Source of the DNA: Eledone cirrhosa
Lineage: Eukaryota
Length of the DNA: 64,000 nucleotides
NCBI GenBank assembly: GCA_964016885.1
Contig: OZ024740.1
Span: 279,930,001 to 279,994,000, forward strand
Reading direction: 5' to 3'
Position 1 is the stretch's first letter; each line of letters opens with the position of its first letter. The translations under genes were made by a program, and so were the position numbers. Shown here in pieces: positions 13,096-25,600 of the stretch. The notes under the pieces were generated by a model. That model searched no databases. It was not told the DNA's origin and saw nothing but the letters and a program-made list of their open reading frames with translations.

Positions 13096-14149
13096 GTCGC
13101 CTATGGTCGCATCGATCTGTAATTACTGGTCCATGTGCAGACACACATTTGCCGTGTGTGGGGTGATTTTCAAGAAAAGCTGCCCATGCTAAATGCGGAA
13201 GCTGAAGTCCACCAGCGAATGATGTGCTTCGAAGAAACGAATCACAAAAATGCGAATTTGCCGGCGGAGTTACCTTTTCGATCGTGGGCCGGCCGCCTGT
13301 GGTCGGATCGATCTGTAATTACTGGTCCATGTGCAGACACACATTTGCTGTGTGTGGTGTGATTTTCAAGAAACGCTGCCCATGCTAAATGCGGAAGCTG
13401 AAGTCCACCAGCGAATGGTGTGCTTCGAAGAAACGAATCACAAAAATGCGAATTTGCCGGCGGAGTTACCTTTTCGATCGTGAGCCGGCCGCCCGTGGTC
13501 GGATCGATCTGTAATTACTGGTATATGTGCAGACACTCATTGGCTGTGTGTGGTGTGATGTTCAAGAAAAGCTGCCCATGCTAAATGCGGAAGCTGAAGT
13601 CCACCAGCGAATGGTGTGCTTCGAAGAAACGAATCACAAAAATGCGAATTTGCCGGCGGAGTTACCTTTTCGATCGTGGCCGGCCGCCCGTGGTCGGATC
13701 GATTTGTAATTACTGGTACATGTGCAGACACTCATTGCCTGTGTGTGGTGTGATTTTCAAGAAAAGTTGCCCATGCTAAATGCGGAAGCTGAAGTCCACC
13801 AGCGAATGGTGTGCTTCGAAGAAACGAATCACAAAAATGCGAATTTGCCGGCGGAGTTACCTTTTCGATGGTGGGCCGGCCGCCCGTGGTCGGATCGATC
13901 TGTAATTACTGGTCCATGTGCAGACACACATTTGCTGTGTGTGGTGTGATTTTCAAGAAAAGCTGCCCATGCTAAATGCGGAAGCTGAAGTCCACCAGCG
14001 AATGGTGTGCTTCGAAGAAACGAATCACAAAAATGCGAATTTGCCGGCGGAGTTACCTTTTCGATCGTGGGCCGGCCGCCTGTGGTCGGATCGATCTGTA
14101 ATTCCTGGTATATGTGCAGACACACATTTGCCGTGTGTGGGGTGATTTT

Positions 14150-17100
14150 CAAGAAAAACTGCCCATGCTAAATGAGGAAGCTGAAGTCCGGCGGCGAATG
14201 GTGTGCTTCGAAGAAAACGAATCACAAAAATAACTATTTACCGGCGGAGTTACCTTTTCGATCGTGGGCCGGCCGCCTGTGGTCGGATCGATCTGTAATT
14301 ACTGGTCCATGTGCAGACACACATTTGCCCTGTGTGGTGTGATTTTCACGAAACGTTGCCCATGCTAAATGCGGAAGCTGAAGTCCACCAGCGAATGGTG
14401 TGCTTCGAAGAAACGAATCACAAAAATGCGAATTTGCCGGCGGAGTTACCTTTTCGATCGTGGGCCGGCCGCCTGTGGTCGGATCGATCTGTAATTACTG
14501 GTATATGTGCAGACACTCATTGACTGTGTGTGGTGTGATTTTCAAGAAACGCTGCCCATGCTAAATGCGGAAGCTGAAGTCTACCAGCGAATGGTGTGCT
14601 TCGAAGAAACGAATCACAAAAATGCGAATTTGCCGGCGGAGTTACCTTTTCGATCGTGGGCCGGCCGCCCGTGGTCGGATCGATCTGTAAATACTGGTAT
14701 ATGTGCAGACACTCATTGCCTGTGTGTGGTGTGATTTTCAAGAAAAGTTGCCCATGCTAAATGCGGAAGCTGAAGTCCACCAGCGAATGGTGTGCTTCGA
14801 AGAAACGAATCACAAAAATGCGAATTTGCCGGCGGAGTTACCTTTTCGATCGTGGGCCGGCCGCCTATGGTCGGATCGATCTGTAATTACTGGTCCATGT
14901 GCAGACACACATTTGCTGTGTGTGGTGTGATTTTCAAGAAAAGCTGCCCATGCTAAATGCCGAAGCTGAAGTCCACCAGCGAATGGTGTGCTTCGAAGAA
15001 ACGAATCACAAAAATGCGAATTTGCCGGCGGAGTTACCTTTTCGATCGTGGGCCGGCCGCCTGTGGTCGGATCGATCTGTAATTACTGGTCCATGTGCAG
15101 ACACACATTTGCTGTGTGTGGTGTGATTTTCAAGAAACGCTGCCCATGCTAAATGCGGAAGCTGAAGTCCACCAGCGAATGGTGTGCTTCGAAGAAACGA
15201 ATCACAAAAATGCGAATTTGCCGGCGGAGTTACCTTTTCGATCGTGAGCCGGCCGCCCGTGGTCGGATCGATCTGTAATTACTGGTATATGTGCAGACAC
15301 TCATTGGCTGTGTGTGGTGTGATGTTCAAGAAAAGCTGCCCATGCTAAATGCGGAAGCTGAAGTCCACCAGCGAATGGTGTGCTTCGAAGAAACGAATCA
15401 CAAAAATGCGAATTTGCCGGCGGAGTTACCTTTTCGATCGTGGCCGGCCGCCCGTGGTCGGATCGATTTGTAATTACTGGTACATGTGCAGACACTCATT
15501 GCCTGTGTGTGGTGTGATTTTCAAGAAAAGTTGCCCATGCTAAATGCGGAAGCTGAAGTCCACCAGCGAATGGTGTGCTTCGAAGAAACGAATCACAAAA
15601 ATGCGAATTTGCCGGCGGAGTTACCTTTTCGATGGTGGGCCGGCCGCCCGTGGTCGGATCGATCTGTAATTACTGGTCCATGTGCAGACACACATTTGCT
15701 GTGTGTGGTGTGATTTTCAAGAAAAGCTGCCCATGCTAAATGCGGAAGCTGAAGTCCACCAGCGAATGGTGTGCTTCGAAGAAACGAATCACAAAAATGC
15801 GAATTTGCCGGCGGAGTTACCTTTTCGATCGTGGGCCGGCCGCCTGTGGTCGGATCGATCTGTAATTACTGGTATATGTGCAGACACTCATTGACTGTGT
15901 GTGGTGTGATTTTCAAGAAAAGCTGCCCATGCTAAATGCGGAAGCTGAAGTCCACCAGCGAATGGTGTGCTTCGAAGAAACGAATCACAAAAATGCGAAT
16001 TTGCCGGCGGAGTTACCTTTTCGATCGTGGGCCGGCCGCCTATGGTCGCATCGATCTGTAATTACTGGTCCATGTGCAGACACACATTTGCCGTGTGTGG
16101 GGTGATTTTCAAGAAAAACTGCCCATGCTAAATGAGGAAGCTGAAGTCCGGCGGCGAATGGTGTGCTTCGAAGAAAACGAATCACAAAAATGACTATTTA
16201 CCGGCGGAGTTACCTTTTCGATCGTGGGCCGGCCGCCTGTGGTCGGATCGATCTGTAATTACTGGTCCATGTGCAGACACACATTTGCTCTGTGTGGTGT
16301 GATTTTCACGAAACGTTGCCCATGCTAAATGCGGAAGCTGAAGTCCACCAGCGAATGGTGTGCTTCGAAGAAACGAATCACAAAAATGCGAATTTGCCGG
16401 CGGAGTTACCTTTTCGATCGTGGGCCGGCCGCCTGTGGTCGGATCGATCTGTAATTACTGGTATATGTGCAGACACTCATTGACTGTGTGTGGTGTGATT
16501 TTCAAGAAACGCTGCCCATGCTAAATGCGGAAGCTGAAGTCTACCAGCGAATGGTGTGCTTCGAAGAAACGAATCACAAAAATGCGAATTTGCCGGCGGA
16601 GTTACCTTTTCGATCGTGGGCCGGCCGCCCGTGGTCGGATCGATCTGTAAATACTGGTATATGTGCAGACACTCATTGCCTGTGTGTGGTGTGATTTTCA
16701 AGAAATGTTGCCCATGCTAAATGCGGAAGCTGAAGTCCACCAGCGAATGGTGTGCTTCGAAGAAACGAATCACAAAAATGCGAATTTGCCGGCGGAGTTA
16801 CCTTTTCGATCGTGGGCCGGCCGCCTATGGTCGGATCGATCTGTAATTACTGGTCCATGTGCAGACACACATTTGCTGTGTGAGGTGTGATGTTCAAGAA
16901 AAGCTGCCCATGCTAAATGCGGAAGCTGAAGTCCACCAGCGAATGGTGTGCTTCGAAGAAACGAATCACAAAAATGCGAATTTGCCGGCGGAGTTACCTT
17001 TTCGATCGTGGCCGGCCGCCCGTGGTCGGATCGATTTGTAATTACTGGTACATGTGCAGACACTCATTGCCTGTGTGTGGTGTGATTTTCAAGAAAAGTT

Positions 17101-20100
17101 GCCCATGCTAAATGCGGAAGCTGAAGTCCACCAGCGAATGGTGTGCTTCGAAGAAACGAATCACAAAAATGCGAATTTGCCGGCGGAGTTACCTTTTCGA
17201 TCGTGGCCGGCCGCCCGTGGTCGGATCGATTTGTAATTACTGGTACATGTGCAGACACTCATTGCCTGTGTGTGGTGTGATTTTCAAGAAAAACTGCCCA
17301 TGCTAAATGAGGAAGCTGAAGTCCGGCGGCGAATGGTGTGCTTCGAAGAAAACGAATCACAAAAATAACTATTTACCGGCGGAGTTACCTTTTCGATCGT
17401 GGGCCGGCCGCCTGTGGTCGGATCGATCTGTAATTACTGGTCCATGTGCAGACACACATTTGCCCTGTGTGGTGTGATTTTCACGAAACGTTGCCCATGC
17501 TAAATGCGGAAGCTGAAGTCCACCAGCGAATGGTGTGCTTCGAAGAAACGAATCACAAAAATGCGAATTTGCCGGCGGAGTTACCTTTTCGATCGTGGGC
17601 CGGCCGCCTGTGGTCGGATCGATCTGTAATTACTGGTATATGTGCAGACACTCATTGACTGTGTGTGGTGTGATTTTCAAGAAACGCTGCCCATGCTAAA
17701 TGCGGAAGCTGAAGTCTACCAGCGAATGGTGTGCTTCGAAGAAACGAATCACAAAAATGCGAATTTGCCGGCGGAGTTACCTTTTCGATCGTGGGCCGGC
17801 CGCCCGTGGTCGGATCGATCTGTAAATACTGGTATATGTGCAGACACTCATTGCCTGTGTGTGGTGTGATTTTCAAGAAAAGTTGCCCATGCTAAATGCG
17901 GAAGCTGAAGTCCACCAGCGAATGGTGTGCTTCGAAGAAACGAATCACAAAAATGCGAATTTGCCGGCGGAGTTACCTTTTCGATCGTGGGCCGGCCGCC
18001 TATGGTCGGATCGATCTGTAATTACTGGTCCATGTGCAGACACGCATTTGCTGTGTGTGGTGTGATTTTCAAGAAAAGCTGCCCATGCTAAATGCCGAAG
18101 CTGAAGTCCACCAGCGAATGGTGTGCTTCGAAGAAACGAATCACAAAAATGCGAATTTGCCGGCGGAGTTACCTTTTCGATCGTGGGCCGGCCGCCTGTG
18201 GTCGGATCGATCTGTAATTACTGGTCCATGTGCAGACACACATTTGCTGTGTGTGGTGTGATTTTCAAGAAACGCTGCCCATGCTAAATGCGGAAGCTGA
18301 AGTCCACCAGCGAATGGTGTGCTTCGAAGAAACGAATCACAAAAATGCGAATTTGCCGGCGGAGTTACCTTTTCGATCGTGAGCCGGCCGCCCGTGGTCG
18401 GATCGATCTGTAATTACTGGTATATGTGCAGACACTCATTGGCTGTGTGTGGTGTGATGTTCAAGAAAAGCTGCCCATGCTAAATGCGGAAGCTGAAGTC
18501 CACCAGCGAATGGTGTGCTTCGAAGAAACGAATCACAAAAATGCGAATTTGCCGGCGGAGTTACCTTTTCGATCGTGGCCGGCCGCCCGTGGTCGGATCG
18601 ATTTGTAATTACTGGTACATGTGCAGACACTCATTGCCTGTGTGTGGTGTGATTTTCAAGAAAAGTTGCCCATGCTAAATGCGGAAGCTGAAGTCCACCA
18701 GCGAATGGTGTGCTTCGAAGAAACGAATCACAAAAATGCGAATTTGCCGGCGGAGTTACCTTTTCGATGGTGGGCCGGCCGCCCGTGGTCGGATCGATCT
18801 GTAATTACTGGTCCATGTGCAGACACACATTTGCTGTGTGTGGTGTGATTTTCAAGAAAAGCTGCCCATGCTAAATGCGGAAGCTGAAGTCCACCAGCGA
18901 ATGGTGTGCTTCGAAGAAACGAATCACAAAAATGCGAATTTGCCGGCGGAGTTACCTTTTCGATCGTGGGCCGGCCGCCTATGGTCGCATCGATCTGTAA
19001 TTACTGGTCCATGTGCAGACACACATTTGCCGTGTGTGGGGTGATTTTCAAGAAAAACTGCCCATGCTAAATGAGGAAGCTGAAGTCCGGCGGCGAATGG
19101 TGTGCTTCGAAGAAAACGAATCACAAAAATGACTATTTACCGGCGGAGTTACCTTTTCGATCGTGGGCCGGCCGCCTGTGGTCGGATCGATCTGTAATTA
19201 CTGGTCCATGTGCAGACACACATTTGCTCTGTGTGGTGTGATTTTCACGAAACGTTGCCCATGCTAAATGCGGAAGCTGAAGTCCACCAGCGAATGGTGT
19301 GCTTCGAAGAAACGAATCACAAAAATGCGAATTTGCCGGCGGAGTTACCTTTTCGATCGTGGGCCGGCCGCCTGTGGTCGGATCGATCTGTAATTACTGG
19401 TATATGTGCAGACACTCATTGACTGTGTGTGGTGTGATTTTCAAGAAACGCTGCCCATGCTAAATGCGGAAGCTGAAGTCTACCAGCGAATGGTGTGCTT
19501 CGAAGAAACGAATCACAAAAATGCGAATTTGCCGGCGGAGTTACCTTTTCGATCGTGGGCCGGCCGCCCGTGGTCGGATCGATCTGTAAATACTGGTATA
19601 TGTGCAGACACTCATTGCCTGTGTGTGGTGTGATTTTCAAGAAATGTTGCCCATGCTAAATGCGGAAGCTGAAGTCCACCAGCGAATGGTGTGCTTCGAA
19701 GAAACGAATCACAAAAATGCGAATTTGCCGGCGGAGTTACCTTTTCGATCGTGGGCCGGCCGCCTATGGTCGGATCGATCTGTAATTACTGGTCCATGTG
19801 CAGACACACATTTGCTGTGTGAGGTGTGATGTTCAAGAAAAGCTGCCCATGCTAAATGCGGAAGCTGAAGTCCACCAGCGAATGGTGTGCTTCGAAGAAA
19901 CGAATCACAAAAATGCGAATTTGCCGGCGGAGTTACCTTTTCGATCGTGGCCGGCCGCCCGTGGTCGGATCGATTTGTAATTACTGGTACATGTGCAGAC
20001 ACTCATTGCCTGTGTGTGGTGTGATTTTCAAGAAAAGTTGCCCATGCTAAATGCGGAAGCTGAAGTCCACCAGCGAATGGTGTGCTTCGAAGAAACGAAT

Positions 20101-20140
20101 CACAAAAATGCGAATTTGCCGGCGGAGTTACCTTTTCGAT
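14150..20140. repeat. Local HOR, period 3135 bp (16 monomers), switching to 2939 bp after a one-monomer difference between the copies
   Basis: ORF pairs 14311/17446 and 15291/18426 (offset 3135), then 16271/19210 and 16663/19602 (offset 2939). Private variants AAAATAACTA, TTGCCCTG, TGCCGAAG, AGAAATGTTG and GTGAGGTG are each duplicated. Confidence 0.88.
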
Positions 20141-20239
20141 GGTGGGCCGGCCGCCCGTGGTCGGATCGATCTGTAATTACTGGTCCATGTGCAGACACAC
20201 ATTTGCTGTGTGTGGTGTGATTTTCAAGAAAAGCTGCCC

Positions 20240-22378
20240 ATGCTAAATGCGGAAGCTGAAGTCCACCAGCGAATGGTGTGCTTCGAAGAAACGAATCACA
20301 AAAATGCGAATTTGCCGGCGGAGTTACCTTTTCGACCGTGGGCCGGCCGCCTGTGGTCGGATCGATCTGGAATTACTGGTGCATGTGCAGACACACATTT
20401 GCTCTGTGTGGTGTGATTTTCACGAAACGTTGCCCATGCTAAATGCGGAAGCTGAAGTCCACCAGCGAATGGTGTGCTTCGAAGAAACGAATCACAAAAA
20501 TGCGAATTTGCCGGCGGAGTTACCTTTTCGATCGTGAGCCGGCCGCCTATGGTCGGATCGATCTGTAATTACTGGTGCATGTGCAGACACACATCTGCTG
20601 TGTGTGGTGTGATTTTCAAGAAAAGCTGCCCATGCTAAATGAGGAAGCTGAAGTCCACCAGCGAATGGTGTGCTTCGAAGAAACGAATCACAAAAATGCG
20701 AATTTGCCGGCGGAGTTACCTTTTCGATCGTGAGCCGGCCGCCCGTGGTCGGATCGATCTGTAATTACTGGTATATGTGCAGACACTCATTGGCTGTGTG
20801 TGGTGTGATGTTCAAGAAAAGCTGCCCATGCTAAATGCGGAAGCTGAAGTCCACCAGCGAATGGTGTGCTTCGAAGAAACGAATCACAAAAATGCGAATT
20901 TGCCGGCGGAGTTACCTTTTCGATCGTGGGCCGGCCGCCCGTGGTCGGATCGATCTGTAATTACTGGTATATGTGCAGACACTCATTGACTGTGTGTGGT
21001 GTGATTTTCAAGAAAAGCTGCCCATGCTAAATGCGGAAGCTGAAGTCCACCAGCGAATGGTGTGCTTCGAAGAAACGAATCACAAAAATGCGAATTTGCC
21101 GGCGGAGTTACCTTTTCGATCGTGGCCGGCCGCCCGTGGTCGGATCGAGTTACCTTTTCGATCGTGGGCCGGCCGCCCGTGGTCGGATCGATCTGTAATT
21201 ACTGGTACATGTGCAGACACTCATTGCCTGTGTGTGGTGTGATTTTCAAGAAAAGTTGCCCATGCTAAATGCGGAAGCTGAAGTCCACCAGCGAATGGTG
21301 TGCTTCGAAGAAACGAATCACAAAAATGCGAATTTGCCGGCGGAGTTACCTTTTCGACCGTGGGCCGGCCGCCTGTGGTCGGATCGATCTGGAATTACTG
21401 GTGCATGTGCAGACACACATTTGCTCTGTGTGGTGTGATTTTCACGAAACGTTGCCCATGCTAAATGCGGAAGCTGAAGTCCACCAGCGAATGGTGTGCT
21501 TCGAAGAAACGAATCACAAAAATGCGAATTTGCCGGCGGAGTTACCTTTTCGATCGTGAGCCGGCCGCCTATGGTCGGATCGATCTGTAATTACTGGTGC
21601 ATGTGCAGACACACATCTGCTGTGTGTGGTGTGATTTTCAAGAAAAGCTGCCCATGCTAAATGAGGAAGCTGAAGTCCACCAGCGAATGGTGTGCTTCGA
21701 AGAAACGAATCACAAAAATGCGAATTTGCCGGCGGAGTTACCTTTTCGATCGTGAGCCGGCCGCCCGTGGTCGGATCGATCTGTAATTACTGGTATATGT
21801 GCAGACACTCATTGGCTGTGTGTGGTGTGATGTTCAAGAAAAGCTGCCCATGCTAAATGCGGAAGCTGAAGTCCACCAGCGAATGGTGTGCTTCGAAGAA
21901 ACGAATCACAAAAATGCGAATTTGCCGGCGGAGTTACCTTTTCGATCGTGGGCCGGCCGCCCGTGGTCGGATCGATCTGTAATTACTGGTATATGTGCAG
22001 ACACTCATTGACTGTGTGTGGTGTGATTTTCAAGAAAAGCTGCCCATGCTAAATGCGGAAGCTGAAGTCCACCAGCGAATGGTGTGCTTCGAAGAAACGA
22101 ATCACAAAAATGCGAATTTGCCGGCGGAGTTACCTTTTCGATCGTGGCCGGCCGCCCGTGGTCGGATCGAGTTACCTTTTCGATCGTGGGCCGGCCGCCC
22201 GTGGTCGGATCGATCTGTAATTACTGGTACATGTGCAGACACTCATTGCCTGTGTGTGGTGTGATTTTCAAGAAAAGTTGCCCATGCTAAATGCGGAAGC
22301 TGAAGTCCACCAGCGAATGGTGTGCTTCGAAGAAACGAATCACAAAAATGCGAATTTGCCGGCGGAGTTACCTTTTCG
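20240..22378. repeat. Local HOR, period 1022 bp (4x196 + one 238-bp monomer), 2 copies
   Basis: ORF pairs 20247/21269, 20777/21799, 20973/21995. Markers TTCGACCG and GATCTGGAATT and the internal 42-bp duplication are present in both copies. Confidence 0.93.
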
Positions 22379-22644
22379 ATGGTGGGCCGGCCGCCCGTGG
22401 TCGGATCGATCTGTAATTACTGGTCCATGTGCAGACACACATTTGCTGTGTGTGGTGTGATTTTCAAGAAAAGCTGCCCATGCTAAATGCGGAAGCTGAA
22501 GTCCACCAGCGAATGGTGTGCTTCGAAGAATCGAATCACAAAAATGCGAATTTGCCGCCGGAGTTACCTTTTCGATCGTGGGCGGGCCGCCTGTGGTCGG
22601 ATCGATCTGTAATTACTGGTATATGTGCAGACACTCATTGACTG

Positions 22645-25600
22645 TGTGTGGTGTGATTTTCAAGAAAAGCTGCCCATGCTAAATGCGGAAGCTGAAGTCC
22701 ACCAGCAAATGGTGTGCTTCGAAGAAACGAATCACAAAAATGCGAATTTGCCGGCGGAGTTACCTTTTCGATCGTGAGCCGGCCGCCTATGGTCGGATCG
22801 ATCTGTAATTACTGGTCCATGTGCAGACACACATCTGCTGTGTGTGGTGTGATTTTCAAGAAAAGCTGCCCATGCTAAATGAGGAAGCTGAAGTCCACCA
22901 GCGAATGGTGTGCTTCGAAGAAACGAATCACAAAAATGCGAATTTGCCGGCGGAGTTACCTTTTCGATCGTGAGCCGGCCGCCCGTGGTCGGATCGATCT
23001 GTAATTACTGGTATATGTGCAGACACTCATTAGCTGTGTGTGGTGTGATGTTCAAGAAAAGCTGCCCATGCTAAATGCGGAAGCTGAAGTCCACCAGCGA
23101 ATGGTGTGCTTCGAAGAAACGAATCACAAAAATGCGAATTTGCCGGCGGAGTTACCTTTTCGATCGTGGCCGGCCGCCCGTGGTCGGATCGATTTGTAAT
23201 TACTGGTACATGTGCAGACACTCATTGCCTGTGTGTGGTGTGATTTTCAAGAAAAGTTGCCCATGCTAAATGCGGAAGCTGAAGTCCACCAGCGAATGGT
23301 GTGCTTCGAAGAAACGAATCACAAAAATGCGAATTTGCCGGCGGAGTTACCTTTTCGATGGTGGGCCGGCCGCCCGTGGTCGGATCGATCTGTAATTACT
23401 GGTCCATGTGCAGACACACATTTGCTGTGTGTGGTGTGATTTTCAAGAAAAGCTGCCCATGCTAAATGCGGAAGCTGAAGTCCACCAGCGAATGGTGTGC
23501 TTCGAAGAAACGAATCACAAAAATGCGAATTTGCCGGCGGAGTTACCTTTTCGATCGTGGGCCGGCCGCCTATGGTCGCATCGATCTGTAATTACTGGTC
23601 CATGTGCAGACACACATTTGCTGTGTGTGGTGTGATTTTCAAGAAAAACTGCCCATGCTAAATGAGGAAGCTGAAGTCCGGCGGCGAATGGTGTGCTTCG
23701 AAGAAAACGAATCACAAAAATGACTATTTACCGGCGGAGTTACCTTTTCGATCGTGGGCCGGCCGCCTGTGGTCGGATCGATCTGTAATTACTGGTCCAT
23801 GTGCAAACACACATTTGCTCTGTGTGGTGTGATTTTCACGAAACGTTGCCCATGCTAAATGCGGAAGCTGAAGTCCACCAACGAATGGTGTGCTTCGAAG
23901 AAACGAATCACAAAAATGCGAATTTGCCGGCGGAGTTACCTTTTCGATCGTGGGCCGGCTGCCCGTGGTCGGATCGATCTGTAATAACTGGTATAGGTGC
24001 AGACACTCATTAGCTGTGTGTGGTGTGATTTTCAAGAAAAGCTGCCCATGCTAAATGCGGAAGCTGAAGTCCACCAGCAAATGGTGTGCTTCGAAGAAAC
24101 GAATCACAAAAATGCGAATTTGCCGGCGGAGTTACCTTTTCGATCGTGAGCCGGCCGCCTATGGTCGGATCGATCTGTAATTACTGGTCCATGTGCAGAC
24201 ACACATCTGCTGTGTGTGGTGTGATTTTCAAGAAAAGCTGCCCATGCTAAATGAGGAAGCTGAAGTCCACCAGCGAATGGTGTGCTTCGAAGAAACGAAT
24301 CACAAAAATGCGAATTTGCCGGCGGAGTTACCTTTTCGATCGTGAGCCGGCCGCCCGTGGTCGGATCGATCTGTAATTACTGGTATATGTGCAGACACTC
24401 ATTGGCTGTGTGTGGTGTGATGTTCAAGAAAAGCTGCCCATGCTAAATGCGGAAGCTGAAGTCCACCAGCGAATGGTGTGCTTCGAAGAAACGAATCACA
24501 AAAATGCGAATTTGCCGGCGGAGTTACCTTTTTGATCGTGGCCGGCCGCCCGTGGTCGGATCGATTTGTAATTACTGGTACATGTGCAGACACTCATTGC
24601 CTGTGTGTGGTGTGATTTTCAAGAAAAGTTGCCCATGCTAAATGCGGAAGCTGAAGTCCACCAGCGAATGGTGTGCTTCGAAGAAACGAATCACAAAAAT
24701 GCGAATTTGCCGGCGGAGTTACCTTTTCGATGGTGGGCCGGCCGCCCGTGGTCGGATCGATCTGTAATTACTGGTCCATGTGCAGACACACATTTGCTGT
24801 GTGTGGTGTGATTTTCAAGAAAAGCTACCCATGCTAAATGCGGAAGCTGAAGTCCACCAGCGAATGGTGTGCTTCGAAGAAACGAATCACAAAAATGCGA
24901 ATTTGCCGGCGGAGTTACCTTTTCGATCGTGGGCCGGCCGCCTGTGGTCGGATCGATCTGTAATTACTGGTATATGTGCAGACACTCATTGACTGTGTGT
25001 GGTGTGATTTTCAAGAAAAGCTGCCCATGCTAAATGCGGAAGCTGAAGTCCACCAGCGAATGGTGTGCTTCGAAGAAACGAATCACAAAAATGCGAATTT
25101 GCCGGCGGAGTTACCTTTTCGATGGTGGGCCGGCCGCCCGTGGTCGGATCGATCTGTAATTACTGGTCCATGTGCAGACACACATTTGCTGTGTGTGGTG
25201 TGATTTTCAAGAAAAGCTGCCCATGCTAAATGCGGAAGCTGAAGTCCACCAGCGAATGGTGTGCTTCGAAGAATCGAATCACAAAAATGCGAATTTGCCG
25301 CCGGAGTTACCTTTTCGATCGTGGGCGGGCCGCCTGTGGTCGGATCGATCTGTAATTACTGGTATATGTGCAGACACTCATTGACTGTGTGTGGTGTGAT
25401 TTTCAAGAAAAGCTGCCCATGCTAAATGCGGAAGCTGAAGTCCACCAGCGAATGGTGTGCTTCGAAGAAACGAATCACAAAAATGCGAATTTGCCGGCGG
25501 AGTTACCTTTTCGATCGTGGGCCGGCCGCCTATGGTCGCATCGATCTGTAATTACTGGTCCATGTGCAGACACACATTTGCTGTGTGTGGTGTGATTTTC

